Shown: positions 25,110-39,260 of the stretch, piece by piece
Position numbering within the stretch: the stretch's first letter is position 1
Layout of the letters: each line of letters opens with the position of its first letter
Source of the DNA: Balanoglossus misakiensis
Taxonomy: Eukaryota; Animalia; Hemichordata
NCBI GenBank assembly: GCA_040954595.2
Contig: CM082581.2
Location: forward strand, 14,568,998 to 14,632,997
Length of the DNA: 64,000 nucleotides
Direction of reading: 5' to 3'
The notes under the pieces: generated by a model
The model's input: the letters and a program-made list of their open reading frames with translations, nothing else
Database searches by the model: none
Told to the model about the DNA's origin: nothing
Made by a program: the position numbers and the translations under genes

Positions 25110-27680
25110 TGGAAAATACAATGCACCTGTGCTACGAGCTCATCCACGTTTTAAACGCAAATCGCGCAGAGCGACCCGGGCTATCAAGAGAGCAACAACC
25201 TGCAGAACAAGAGGATTTTGTCTGACAAGCTACGGGAATTTCTACAGCCCGGAAACCAAGATAAAGAACATATTATCTACTAGGTAAGTAACCGGTATTT
25301 ACTAAAATTAGCGCTCCGACTTTCGACCCTAGTGGGGAAAAGGTGAAGACCCAATTCGTTAGTAATTCTATCCTAGTTTTCGAGAGAGTAGTCGGAGTAC
25401 TCGCCATTGTTCCAAGAAGCGACGTGGTTTTTTCGTTTGAAACGTGGCGCGGACGCCCGGCCCAATTGCGTTCAGTTTTCAACACTTGCACCAAATAAAT
25501 CTATTCACTAGTTTTTTTTCTGATGAGAGCCAAGGAACTATAGTTGTCGTCGAGCGAAAATACGAGCGAATCTCCAAGTGTAAAATGTGTAATATTTATT
25601 GAAGTTCGGAATGCTGGGGGCAAGTTCAATGAATAATGTTAGGGGAGATTTCCGTGAGTGTTTCTGTGTCGGATTTTTGCGCACATTTTCTAGCCAGTTT
25701 ATTACTGCATTTTTGCGTGTAACAAAATCCGCCTACAATAATTTCAAAAACTTGCTAGTTGTGGTTTCAAAACACCGTGCAGAACTGCATTTGGCTTTTC
25801 CGACCGGCATTATTGTTGATCTGCTTGTCAATAATATTTAGGTGTCCCATTATATTACTCTATTGCGGGTTCTATTATTATTGTAATACACTCCGACTAT
25901 TGTATTATTGATATCAATCGTATTAATTGTCATGCTGTATTACTCAATATCATTGCGAGTTGTATTATAGTTGTGACATAGTCCGTTTATTTTAGTGGTC
26001 ATTGTCATTTCATTCTGATCAAACGTGGTATTGCGCGGTAGTATATCTTGCGAGTAATATCGCATTGTTATACATTTATTTAGTCTGTACTCTGCGCGGG
26101 TAATAGTTTCGGGTAACAATATTTCTGTCATCTCCCGATATTACTCTGTATTATTGGGGGTAATATTTAGCGGCAATCGATCGTCTATTTATCACGGAGT
26201 ACAACTTGTAACGTATCATAATGGAACTCAATTTAAACACCGATACTTTAGAAGTACTTCTATGCACGTGTTCAATTTTTGTCAGGAGTTTGACCTAGTT
26301 TAGCACAGGCTCTTTCACGTTTCATAAACAAGTATGTTGCCAATAATATTTTGCCAACACGTTCACATTTTGAGTAAATTGATATTTTAATATTCTGGAC
26401 GCAACGAATTTCTCTCGACACAGTGTTGTGTTGGCTCATATTTATGCACCCCAATCAATCCCTTAATGTCGGACCAATTGGATAAGTAGTGCTGTTTATT
26501 TCCGTATTTCATGGCCTCCGGCCCAAAATTCTTTACATTTTCTTTAAAACTTAAAACGGACGGGAATACTTAAACTTATTTCATAATTGAAAATCATCTG
26601 TCTTTTCTCACTCCCATGATAGCATGAAAAAGCAATGCTGCTGAACACTGTAGAAAGGTACCATCGTTTGAATTCATAAGGAAAAAATCTTTCTGTTAGT
26701 CGGTGGGTTAAAATACATCGTAAGAATATATTTTAGTCTGTGACTGGAACAAAGTACAACACAATAGGAAATGATGTTCATCTTCATTTTCGTTACTGTC
26801 ACACAACAAGCAAATCATTTTGTTTTATCTACTCTGTGCTTTCTATCTGTTATCAAAAAACGTTCATGAAAAGCTGCATGAAAAAAAATATCTTCCTAAC
26901 TTCACAATTTCGTCACCGTAATTATTTTCAAAAAGATCATTTTGTAGTTCAAAGATGCCATATAATATCTAAATTTTAATAACAAGTGATATGTAATCAA
27001 AAAGGGAGGTTCTGTAACATGCATTTAAAAACGGGGGTCCCCACACCTGTTTTCCTGTAAAACCACAAAATGCTGTTCATACTATAATATTGCATATATA
27101 GTTCTAAATATCCAACCGATAGAGGGTGCTGTTTAATATTCGTACTTTAAGTACGATAATACTTTTTTGTTGTACGTTAAACTTGGTCAACTATTTAACA
27201 CAGAATTTTGCCGTATATACTGTAAACACTCAGGATTTTTTTCGCGACAGGAAATTTTCGCGATATCAAAAGAGGCGACTGTTACGCGATTCATTTTTCG
27301 CGTTCGTATATTTCACTAATTGCATCGTTATTTCTGTACAATTTCCATTCTACGATTATTTGTCGCATTAGTAGCACGATTCTTGGCTGCAAACCTTCAT
27401 GTTCAAACAAAGTGTGTAATGTTTATCAAAGTCATGAAACCGCAACCATTTTTATGCGTACGTGTGTTTGTCTTTTTGCCAGATTGTGCATGAATGTAGC
27501 CGAGCTGGTGTGTTGCATTTCACGATGTCAATCACACATGTTTATTCGCGACTGCATGCATTTAAGTTTCCATGGCATTGCAGTGAAGAACTTCACTCTT
27601 CAATTCTACTAATGCATGTTTTTATAGATTCGTATTCAATTTGAGTGTGTTTTATCATAGACCATGTAGGGTCCATGATC

Positions 27681-28853
27681 GCAGATGAAGATATCTGGAT
27701 GCCAAATGAAGAGAAGACACAGGTTTTTAGTCAGCATTTGAAGAGTTTATAATGAGAATGAAGGGATTGCGTTCTATCCAGTTTTCTCTTAAAGCGACAA
27801 AATCGCTTTTTGACCTTTCAACGATTTCAAGTATACATTGATTACTCGTGTTATCTTTGTGTTAAAAATTGATGTTGATTTGTAACCATCATTTCCTGTC
27901 ATACAAAATCAATCTCTAAACGGTCCAAAATGAATGAATTTTGCTCCTTAATCTGTTGATCCAGTGAAGATTATGGCATTTACATTGACTTTCCGTATGC
28001 GTTCCCTTGATCACACTGGTTACTTGTAATTGTGCAGAATTTCAATTATGTTAATTAGCACACTTGTCTACTATTACAGTTGAGGAGCTACACAATTGTT
28101 GCAGCCATTGGGAAAACTTCATGACAAGAAGGATTCAGATTAGGACACAGTATAAATTCTCATACACATACATGTACATACATACATGTACATACATACA
28201 TACATACATACATACATACATACATACATACATACATACATACATACATACATACATACATACATACATACATACATACATACATACATACATACATACA
28301 TACGTACATACGTACATACGTACATACGTACATACGTACATACATACGTACATACGTACATACATGAACATGTGTGTTTAATGTGTGTTAAAACAATATT
28401 ACAGAGAGAACAAGTCTGTAACCATTTAACTCAACTATGCTTATTTAACTGAAGCCTAAATGTCCATATGATTCAGTACTTCTAAAAATTACATGTATGC
28501 ATTGAGGAAATTTTGTTTAGTGAATTGTGCAGTCAAATCAAATTGATTCAATCTAGAAAACTGTTTGTGCCATTTCAGCCATTTTTTCTAACTTCAATAT
28601 TAACGTACTAACACACCATAAACTAACTATAACAACTAATACTTTGGCTGGAGTGGTATAAGCAGGCTATGAGAAACTTTTATTCTTGTGACTATTTCTA
28701 TTTTTCATAATGAGCCAGTTAGAAGTATACAGATGAAATTAAGTATTGTATTCTAATTCAATTTAAATTAGCTGTATTTCCCAAAACCTGAAAGTGAAGG
28801 TCAGGAAAATTACTCATTTCAAATTTTAGGGTACAGAATTGTTCTCTATGTAT
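27681..28853 (+). repeat. Subtelomeric duplicated block, proximal copy
   Basis: Colinear and diverged relative to 39208-40053. Shared anchors include caagtatacattga, gattcagattaggacacagtat, tgtttgtgccatttcagccattt, aacaactaatactttggctgga and attgttctctatgtatg. Confidence 0.9.
28161..28365 (+). repeat. (CATA)n microsatellite with CGTA variants
   Basis: Read directly from the sequence. Confidence 0.98.
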
Positions 28854-28950
28854 GTATGTATGTATGTATGTATGTATGTATGTATGTATGTATGTATGTA
28901 TGTATGTATGTATGTATGTATGTATGTATGTATGTATGTATGTATGTATG

Positions 28951-28981
<31 letters not shown>

Positions 28982-29172
28982 TGTATGTAATGTATGTAAT
29001 GTATGTAATGTATGTAATGTATGTATGTATGTATGTATGTATGTATGTATGTATGTATGTATGTATGTATGTATGTATGTATGCAATGTATGTAATGTAT
29101 GTAATGTATGTAATGTATGTAATGTATGTATGCATGTATGTAATGTATGCATCTATGTAATGTATGTGTATG
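28847..29172 (+). repeat. (TATG)n / (TATGTAATG)n compound microsatellite
   Basis: Read directly from the sequence. Confidence 0.98.
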
Positions 29173-29349
29173 TGAATCCCTAATGTATCCTTGTCCGAAT
29201 TTTATCTTGTCATGAAGTTCTCCCAATGTCTACAATAGTTGAGAAGCTTTCCAACCGTGATGGTAGATAAGTTTAGCAAATTTTTGGTAATTGTTTACTA
29301 GTGTGCTATAATATAACAGAAACTAACAATTGAAGTATAATTGCTTTAA

Positions 29350-32300
29350 GTTAAGCAGGAAGGATGACGACAAAATTCCAAATGATGCCAATGGTAGAAG
29401 TGGACAAGGACTTGATTTTCCAGCCAGCCAATAAAGTACTTGCATGATGGCAGATGAAGCAAGTTCAAGCATGAAGACTGATGTATAATTTCTGAATGGT
29501 GCCAACGGTAGAAGTTGACAAGGACCTGGTCTTGCAGTCAGCCAATAAACAACTTGCATGATGGCAGATGAAGATATATGGATGTCAAATGAAGAAAACG
29601 TACAGGTTTGCAGGCAACAAGTGTATATTGGAACAAATTCAAACTTAACTCATTGAATCAATTTTATAAAATATGTCACCACTTTGTTCATTGATCATGA
29701 ATAATTTTTTTTCTGTTGTTTTGTTAGAATATGCCAAAGAGTGCAGGCTGATGTTGTGTATCCGAATGTTGCCATTGGTAGAAGTGGACAAGGACTTGGT
29801 CTTGCTTTCACCTAATAAACTCTGTATGATAGCAGATGAAGATATTTGGATGTCAAATTAAGAAAAAATACAGGTTTGCAGTCAACATTTTAAGAGTGTA
29901 TATAGTGTTGGAACAAATCCAAACTTAACTCATTGAATCAATTTTATAAAATATGTCACCATTTTGTTCATTGATCATGAATAATTTTTTTTCTGTTGTT
30001 TTGTTAGAATATGGCGAAGAGTACAGGCTGATGTTGTGTATCTGAATGTTGCCATTGGTAGAAGTGGACAAGGACATGGTTTCCCAGTCACCCAATAAAC
30101 TACTTGCATGATGGCAGATGAAGATATTTGGATGTCAAATAAAGAAAACATACAGGTTTGCAGTCAACATTTTAAGAGTGTATATAGTGTTGGAACAAAT
30201 CCAAACTTAACTCATTGAATCAATTTTATAAAATATGTCACCACTTTGTTCATTGATCATGAATAATTTTTTTCTGTTGTTTTGTTAGAATATGGCGAAG
30301 AGTGCAGGCTGATGTTGTGTATCTGAATGTTGCCATTGGTAGAAGTGGACAAGGACATGGTCTTCCAGTCAGCCAATAAACTACTTGCATGATGGCAGAT
30401 GAAGATAATTGGATGTCAAATAAAGAAAACATAAAGGTTTGCAGTCAACATTTTAAGAGTGTATATAGTGTTGGGACAAATCAAAACTTAACTCATTGAA
30501 TCAATTTTATAAACTATGTCACCACTTTGTTCATTGATCATGAATAATTTTTTTCTGTTGTTTTGTGAGAATATGGCGAAGAGTGCAGGCTGATGTTGTG
30601 TATCTGCATGTTGCCATTGGTAGAAGTGGACAAGGACATGGTTTCCCAGTCACCCAATAAACTACTTGCATGATGGCAGATGAAGATATTTGGATGTCAA
30701 ATAAAGAAAACATAAAGGTTTGCAGTCAACATTTTAAGAGTGTATATAGTGTTGGAACAAATCAAAACTTAACTCATTGAATCAATTTTATAAACTATGT
30801 CACCACTTTGTTCATTGATCATGAATAATTTTTTTCTGTTGTTTTGTTAGAATATGGCGAAGAGTGCAGGCTGATGTTGTGTATCTGAATGTTGCCATTG
30901 GTAGAAGTGGACAAGGACTTGGTTTCCCAGTCAGCCAATAAAGTACTTCCATGATGGCAGATGAAGCAAGTTCAAGCATGAAGAATGATGTTTAATTTCT
31001 AAATGGTGCCAACGGTAGAAGTGGACAAGGAGTTGGTCTTGCAGTCAGCCAATAAACAACTTGCATGATGGCAGATGAAGATATATGGATGTCAAATGAA
31101 GAAAACGTACAGGTTTGCAGGCAACAAGTGTATATTGGAACAAATTCAAACTTAACTCATTGAATCAATTTTATAAAATATGTCACCACTTTGTTCATTG
31201 ATCATGAATAATTTTTTTTCTGTTGTTTTGTTAGAATATGCCGAAGAGTGCAGGCTGATGTTGTGTATCTGAATGTTGCCATTGGTAGAAGTGGACAAGG
31301 ACTTGGTTTCCCAGTCACCCAATAAAGTACTTCCATGATGGCAGATGAAGCAAGTTCAAGCATGAAGAATGATGTTTAATTTCTAAATGGTGCCAACGGT
31401 AGAAGTGGACAAGGACTTGGTCTTGCAGTCAGCCAATAAAAAACTTGCATGATGGCAGATGAAGATATATGGATGTCAAATGAAGAAAACGTACAGGTTT
31501 GCAGGCAACAAGTGTATATTGGAACAAATTCAAACTTAACTCATTGAATCAATTTTATAAAATATGTCACCACTTTGTTCATTGATCATGAATCATTTTT
31601 TTTCTGTTGTTTTGTTAGAATATGCCGAAGAGTGCAGGCTGATGTTGTGTATCTGAATGTTGCCATTGGTAGAAGTGGACAAGGACTTGGTTTCCCAGTC
31701 ACCCAATAAACTACTTGCATGATGGCTGATGAAGATATTTGGATGTCAAATTAAGAAAACATAAAGGTTTGCAGTCAACATTTTAAGAGTGTATATAGTG
31801 TTGGAACAAATCCAAGCTTAACTCATTGAATCAATTTAATAATATATGTCACCACTTTGTTCATTGATCATGAATAATTTTTTTTCTGTTGTTTTGTTAG
31901 AATATGGCAAAGAGTGCAGGCTGATGTTGTGTATCTGAATGTTGCCATTGGTAGAAGTGGACAAGGACTTGGTTTCCCAGTCACCCAATAAACTACTTGC
32001 ATGATGGCTGATGAAGATATTTGGATGTCAAATTAAGAAAACATAAAGGTTTGCAGTCAACATTTTAAGAGTGTATATAGTGTTGGAACAAATCCAAGCT
32101 TAACTCATTGAATCAATTTTATAAACTATGTCACGACTTTGTTCATTGATCATGAATAATTTTTTTTCTGTTGTTTTGTTAGAATATGGCGAAGAGTGCA
32201 GGCTGATGTTGTGTATCTGAATGTTGCCAATGGTAGAAGTGGACAAGGACTTGGTCTTCCAGTCAGCCAATAAAGTACTTGCATGATGGCAGATGAAGCA

Positions 32301-35300
32301 AGTTCAAGCATGAAGAATGATCTTTAATTTCTAAATGGTGCCAACGGTAGAAGTGGACAAGGACTTGGTCTTGCAGTCAGCCAATTAACAACTTGCATGA
32401 TGGCAGATGAAGATATATGGATGTCAAATGAAGAAAACGTACAGGTTTGCAGTCAACAAGTGTATATAGTATTGGAACAAATTCAAACTTAACTCATTGA
32501 ATCAATTTTATAATATATGTCACCACTTTGTTCATTGATCATGAATCATTTTTTGTCTGTTGTTTTGTTAGAATATGTCGAAGAGTGCAGGCTGATGTTG
32601 TGTATCTGAATGTTGCCATTGGTAGAAGTGGACAAGGACTTGGTTTCCCAGTCACCCAATAAACTACTTGCATGATGGCTGATGAAGATATTTGGATGTC
32701 AAATTAAGAACACATAAAGGTTTGCAGTCAATATTTTAAGAGTGTATATAGTGTTGGAACAAATCCAAGCTTAACTCATTGAATCAATTTAATAATATAT
32801 GTCACCACTTTGTTCATTGATCATGAATAATTTTTTTTCTGTTGTTTTGTTAGAATATGGCGAAGAGTGCAGGCTGATGTTGTGTATCTGAATGTTGCCA
32901 ATGGTAGAAGTGGACAAGGACTTCGTCTTCCAGTCAGCCAATAAAGTACTTGCATGATGGCAGATGAAGCAAGTTCAAGCATGAAGAATGATGTTTAATT
33001 TCTAAATGATGCCAACGGTAGAAGTGGACAAGGACTTGGTCTTGCAGTCAGCCAATTAATTAACAACTTGCATGATGGCAGATGAAGATACATGGATGTC
33101 AAATGAAGAAAACGTACAGGTTTGCAGTCAACAAGTGTATATAGTATTGGAACAAATTCAAACTTAACTCATTGAATCAATTTTATAATATATGTCACCA
33201 CTTTGTTCATTGATCATGAATCATTTTTTGTCTGTTGTTTTGTTAGAATATGTCGAAGAGTGCAGGCTGATGTTGTGTATCTGAATGTTGCCATTGGTAG
33301 AAGTGGACAAGGACTTGGTTTCCCAGTCAGCCAATAAAGTACTTCCATGATGGCAGATGAAGCAAGTTCAAGCATGAAGAATGATGTTTAATTTCTAAAT
33401 GGTGCCAACGGTAGAAGTGGACAAGGAGTTGGTCTTGCAGTCAGCCAATAAACAACTTGCATGATGGCAGATGAAGATATATGGATGTCAAATGAAGAAA
33501 ACGTACAGGTTTGCAGGCAACAAGTGTATATTGGAACAAATTCAAACTTAACTCATTGAATCAATTTTATAAAATATGTCACCACTTTGTTCATTGATCA
33601 TGAATAATTTTTTTTCTGTTGTTTTGTTAGAATATGCCGAAGAGTGCAGGCTGATGTTGTGTATCTGAATGTTGCCATTGGTAGAAGTGGACAAGGACTT
33701 GGTTTCCCAGTCACCCAATAAAGTACTTCCATGATGGCAGATGAAGCAAGTTCAAGCATGAAGAATGATGTTTAATTTCTAAATGGTGCCAACGGTAGAA
33801 GTGGACAAGGACTTGGTCTTGCAGTCAGCCAATAAAAAACTTGCATGATGGCAGATGAAGATATATGGATGTCAAATGAAGAAAACGTACAGGTTTGCAG
33901 GCAACAAGTGTATATTGGAACAAATTCAAACTTAACTCATTGAATCAATTTTATAAAATATGTCACCACTTTGTTCATTGATCATGAATCATTTTTTTTC
34001 TGTTGTTTTGTTAGAATATGCCGAAGAGTGCAGGCTGATGTTGTGTATCTGAATGTTGCCATTGGTAGAAGTGGACAAGGACTTGGTTTCCCAGTCACCC
34101 AATAAACTACTTGCATGATGGCTGATGAAGATATTTGGATGTCAAATTAAGAAAACATAAAGGTTTGCAGTCAACATTTTAAGAGTGTATATAGTGTTGG
34201 AACAAATCCAAGCTTAACTCATTGAATCAATTTAATAATATATGTCACCACTTTGTTCATTGATCATGAATAATTTTTTTTCTGTTGTTTTGTTAGAATA
34301 TGGCAAAGAGTGCAGGCTGATGTTGTGTATCTGAATGTTGCCATTGGTAGAAGTGGACAAGGACTTGGTTTCCCAGTCACCCAATAAACTACTTGCATGA
34401 TGGCTGATGAAGATATTTGGATGTCAAATTAAGAAAACATAAAGGTTTGCAGTCAACATTTTAAGAGTGTATATAGTGTTGGAACAAATCCAAGCTTAAC
34501 TCATTGAATCAATTTTATAAACTATGTCACGACTTTGTTCATTGATCATGAATAATTTTTTTTCTGTTGTTTTGTTAGAATATGGCGAAGAGTGCAGGCT
34601 GATGTTGTGTATCTGAATGTTGCCAATGGTAGAAGTGGACAAGGACTTGGTCTTCCAGTCAGCCAATAAAGTACTTGCATGATGGCAGATGAAGCAAGTT
34701 CAAGCATGAAGAATGATCTTTAATTTCTAAATGGTGCCAACGGTAGAAGTGGACAAGGACTTGGTCTTGCAGTCAGCCAATTAACAACTTGCATGATGGC
34801 AGATGAAGATATATGGATGTCAAATGAAGAAAACGTACAGGTTTGCAGTCAACAAGTGTATATAGTATTGGAACAAATTCAAACTTAACTCATTGAATCA
34901 ATTTTATAATATATGTCACCACTTTGTTCATTGATCATGAATCATTTTTTGTCTGTTGTTTTGTTAGAATATGTCGAAGAGTGCAGGCTGATGTTGTGTA
35001 TCTGAATGTTGCCATTGGTAGAAGTGGACAAGGACTTGGTTTCCCAGTCACCCAATAAACTACTTGCATGATGGCTGATGAAGATATTTGGATGTCAAAT
35101 TAAGAACACATAAAGGTTTGCAGTCAATATTTTAAGAGTGTATATAGTGTTGGAACAAATCCAAGCTTAACTCATTGAATCAATTTAATAATATATGTCA
35201 CCACTTTGTTCATTGATCATGAATAATTTTTTTTCTGTTGTTTTGTTAGAATATGGCGAAGAGTGCAGGCTGATGTTGTGTATCTGAATGTTGCCAATGG

Positions 35301-38300
35301 TAGAAGTGGACAAGGACTTCGTCTTCCAGTCAGCCAATAAAGTACTTGCATGATGGCAGATGAAGCAAGTTCAAGCATGAAGAATGATGTTTAATTTCTA
35401 AATGATGCCAACGGTAGAAGTGGACAAGGACTTGGTCTTGCAGTCAGCCAATTAATTAACAACTTGCATGATGGCAGATGAAGATACATGGATGTCAAAT
35501 GAAGAAAACGTACAGGTTTGCAGTCAACAAGTGTATATAGTATTGGAACAAATTCAAACTTAACTCATTGAATCAATTTTATAATATATGTCACCACTTT
35601 GTTCATTGATCATGAATCATTTTTTGTCTGTTGTTTTGTTAGAATATGTCGAAGAGTGCAGGCTGATGTTGTGTATCTGAATGTTGCCATTGGTAGAAGT
35701 GGACAAGGACTTGGTTTCCCAGTCACCCAATAAACTACTTGCATGATGGCTGATGAAGATATTTGGATGTCAAATTAAGAAAACATAAAGGTTTGCAGTC
35801 AATATTTTAAGAGTGTATATAGTGTTGGAACAAATCCAAGCTTAACTCATTGAATCAATTTAATAATATATGTCACCACTTTGTTCATTGATCATGAATA
35901 ATTTTTTTTCTGTTGTTTTGTTAGAATATGGCGAAGAGTGCAGGCTGATGTTGTGTATCTGAATGTTGCCAATGGTAGAAGTGGACAAGGACTTCGTCTT
36001 CCAGTCAGCCAATAAAGTACTTGCATGATGGCAGATGAAGCAAGTTCAAGCATGAAGAATGATGTTTAATTTCTAAATGATGCCAACGGTAGAAGTGGAC
36101 AAGGACTTGGTCTTGCAGTCAGCCAATTAATTAACAACTTGCATGATGGCAGATGAAGATACATGGATGTCAAATGAAGAAAACTTACAGGTTTGCAGTC
36201 AACAAGTGTATATAGTATTGGAACAAATTCAAACTTAACTCATTGAATCAATGTTATAATATATGTCACCACTTTGTTCATTGATCATGAATCATTTTTT
36301 GTCTGTTGTTTTGTTAGAATATGTCGAAGAGTGCAGGCTGATGTTGTGTATCTGAATGTTGCCATTGGTAGAAGTGGACAAGGACTTGGTTTCCCAGTCA
36401 CCCAATAAACTACTTGCATGATGGCTGATGAAGATATTTGGATGTCAAATTAAGAAAACATAAAGGTTTGCAGTCAATATTTTAAGAGTGTATATAGTGT
36501 TGGAACAAATCCAAGCTTAACTCATTGAATCAATTTAATAATATATGTCACCACTTTGTTCATTGATCATGAATAATTTTTTTTCTGTTGTTTTGTTAGA
36601 ATATGGCGAAGAGTGCAGGCTGATGTTGTGTATCTGAATGTTGCCATTGGTAGAAGTGGACAAGGACTTGGTTTCCCAGTCACCCAATAAACTACTTGCA
36701 TGATGGCTGATGAAGATATTTGGATGTCAAATTAAGAAAACATAAAGGTTTGCAGTCAACATTTTAAGAGTGTATATAGTGTTGGAACAAATCCAAACTT
36801 AACTCATTGAATCAATTTAATAATATATGTCACCACTTTGTTCATTGATCATGAATAATTTTTTTTCTGTTGTTTTGTTAGAATATGGCGAAGAGTGCAG
36901 GCTGATGTTGTGTATCTGAATGTTGCCAATGGTAGAAGTGGACAAGGACTTGGTCTTCCAGTCAGCCAATAAAGTACTTGCATGATGGCAGATGAAGCAA
37001 GTTCAAGCATGAAGAATGATGTTTAATTTCTAAATGATGCCAACGGTAGAAGTGGACAAGGACTTGGTCTTGCAGTTAGCCAATTAACAACTTGCATGAT
37101 GGCAGATGAAGATATATGGATGTCAAATGAAGAAAACGTACAGGTTTGCAGTCAACAAGTGTATATAGAGTTGGAACAAATCCAAACTTAACTCATTGAA
37201 TCAATTTTATAAACTATGTCTTGACTTTGTTCATTGATCATGAATAATTTTTTTTCTGTTGTTTTGTTAGAATATGGCGAAGAGTGCAGGCTGATGTTGT
37301 GTATCTGAATGTTGCCATTGGTAGAAGTGGACAAGGACTTGGTTTCCCAGTCACCCAATAAACTACTTGCATGATGGTTGATGAAGATATTTGGATGTCA
37401 AATAAAGAAAACATACAGGTATGCAGTCAAAATTTTAAGAGTGTATATAGTGTTGGAACAAATCCAAACTTAACGCATTGAATCAATTTTATAAAATATG
37501 TCACCACTTTGTTCATTGATCATGAATAATTTTTTTTCTGTTGTTTTGTTAGAATATGGCGAAGAGTGCAGGCTGATGTTGAGTATCTGAATGTTGAAGT
37601 TGGTAGAAGTGGACAAGGACTTGGTTTCCCAGTCACCCAATAAACTACTTGCATGATGGCTGATGAAGATATTTGGATGTCAAATTAAGAAAACATAAAG
37701 GTTTGCAGTCAACATTTTAAGAGTGTATATAGTGTTGGAACAAATCCAAACTTAACTCATTGAATCAATTTAATAATATATGTCACCACTTTGTTCATTG
37801 ATCATGAATAATTTTTTTTTCTGTTGTTTTGTTAGAATATGGCGAAGAGTGCAGGCTGATGTTGTGTATCTGAATGTTGCCAATGGTAGAAGTGGACAAG
37901 GACTTGGTCTTCCAGTCAGCCAATAAAGTACTTGCATGATGGCAGATGAAGCAAGTTCAAGCATGAAGAATGATGTTTAATTTCTAAATGGTGCCAACGG
38001 TAGAAGTGGACAAGGACTTGGTCTTGCAGTCAGCCAATTAACAACTTGCATGATGGCAGATGAAGATATATGGATGTCAAATGAAGAAAACGTACAGGTT
38101 TGCAGTCAACATGTGTATATAGTATTGGAACAAATTCAAACTTAACTCATTGAATCAATTTTATAATATATGTCACCACTTTGTTCATTGATCATGAATC
38201 ATTTTTTTTCTGTTGTTTTGTTAGAATATGTCAAAGAGTGCAGGCTGATGTTGTGTATCTGAATGTTGCCATTGGTAGAAGTGGACAAGGACTTGGTTTC

Positions 38301-39260
38301 CCAGTCACCCAATAAACTACTTGCATGATGGCAGATGAAGATATTTGGATGTCAAATAAAGAAAACATACAGGTTTGCAGTCAACATTTTAAGAGTGTAT
38401 ATAGTGTTGAAACAAATCCAAACTTAACTCATTGAATCAATTTCATAAAATATGTCACCACTTTGTTCATTGATCATGAATATTTTTTTTCTGTTGTTTT
38501 GTTAGAATATGGTGAAGAGTGGAGGCTGATGTTGTGTATCTGAATGTTGAAATAGGTAGAAGTGGACAAGTACATGGTCTTCCAGTCACCCAATAAACTA
38601 CTTGCATGATGGCAGATGGAGATATTTGGATGTCAAATAAAGGGCAGATGAACATATCTGGTTGTCAAATGAAGAAAATATAGGTTTGTACTCAACCTTT
38701 TAAGAGTGTATATAGTATTGGAACACATCCAAATTTAACTCATTGAATCAATTTATACAATCTTTCGCCAATTTGTTCATTAATCATGGATAAAATTTTT
38801 CTGTTTTTTTGTTAGAATATGGCGAAGAGTGCAGACTGATGTTTTTATCCAGATATTGCCAATGGTAGAAGTGGACAAGGACTTGGTATTGCACTCACCC
38901 CATAAACTATTTGCATGATGGCAGATTAACATATCTGGTTGTCAAATGAAGAAAATATGAAGGTTTGTAGTCAACATTTTATGAGTGTATATAGTATTGG
39001 AAGACTTCCAAATTTAACTTAAGCCGAATGAATCAATGCTATAAAACGTGTGATCATTTCATTAATTAAAAGCGAATCTATTTTTTTTTCTGTTACTTTC
39101 TTAGCTCAAGCTGAAGTGTGAAGACTGGTGATTTTCCAAATGATGATGATGGTAGAAATGGACAAGGACTTGGTCTACCAGCAACCCAATAAAATACTTG
39201 CATCTTGGCAGATGAAGTCTGAATGCAAAATAAAGAGAAGACATAGATTTTCAGTCGGCA
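29350..39260 (+). repeat. AT-rich subtelomeric satellite: ~281-bp short and ~383-393-bp long monomers, 2396-bp higher-order repeat
   Basis: The anchor tgtcac recurs at 29674, 29954, 30236, 30517, 30798, 31181, 31565, 31847, 32129, 32518, 32800, 33193 and onward. Long monomers carry an internal duplication of the ggtagaagtggacaaggac...gcagatgaag segment. Confidence 0.97.

Noticed and set aside
27218-27380. tactgta...ttttcgcg-rich segment resembling a MITE end
   Set aside because: No matching opposite terminus found in the window, so it cannot be supported as an element.
28064-29226. YIHT/MYVC repeat ORFs
   Set aside because: Translations of the (CATA)n/(TATG)n microsatellites.
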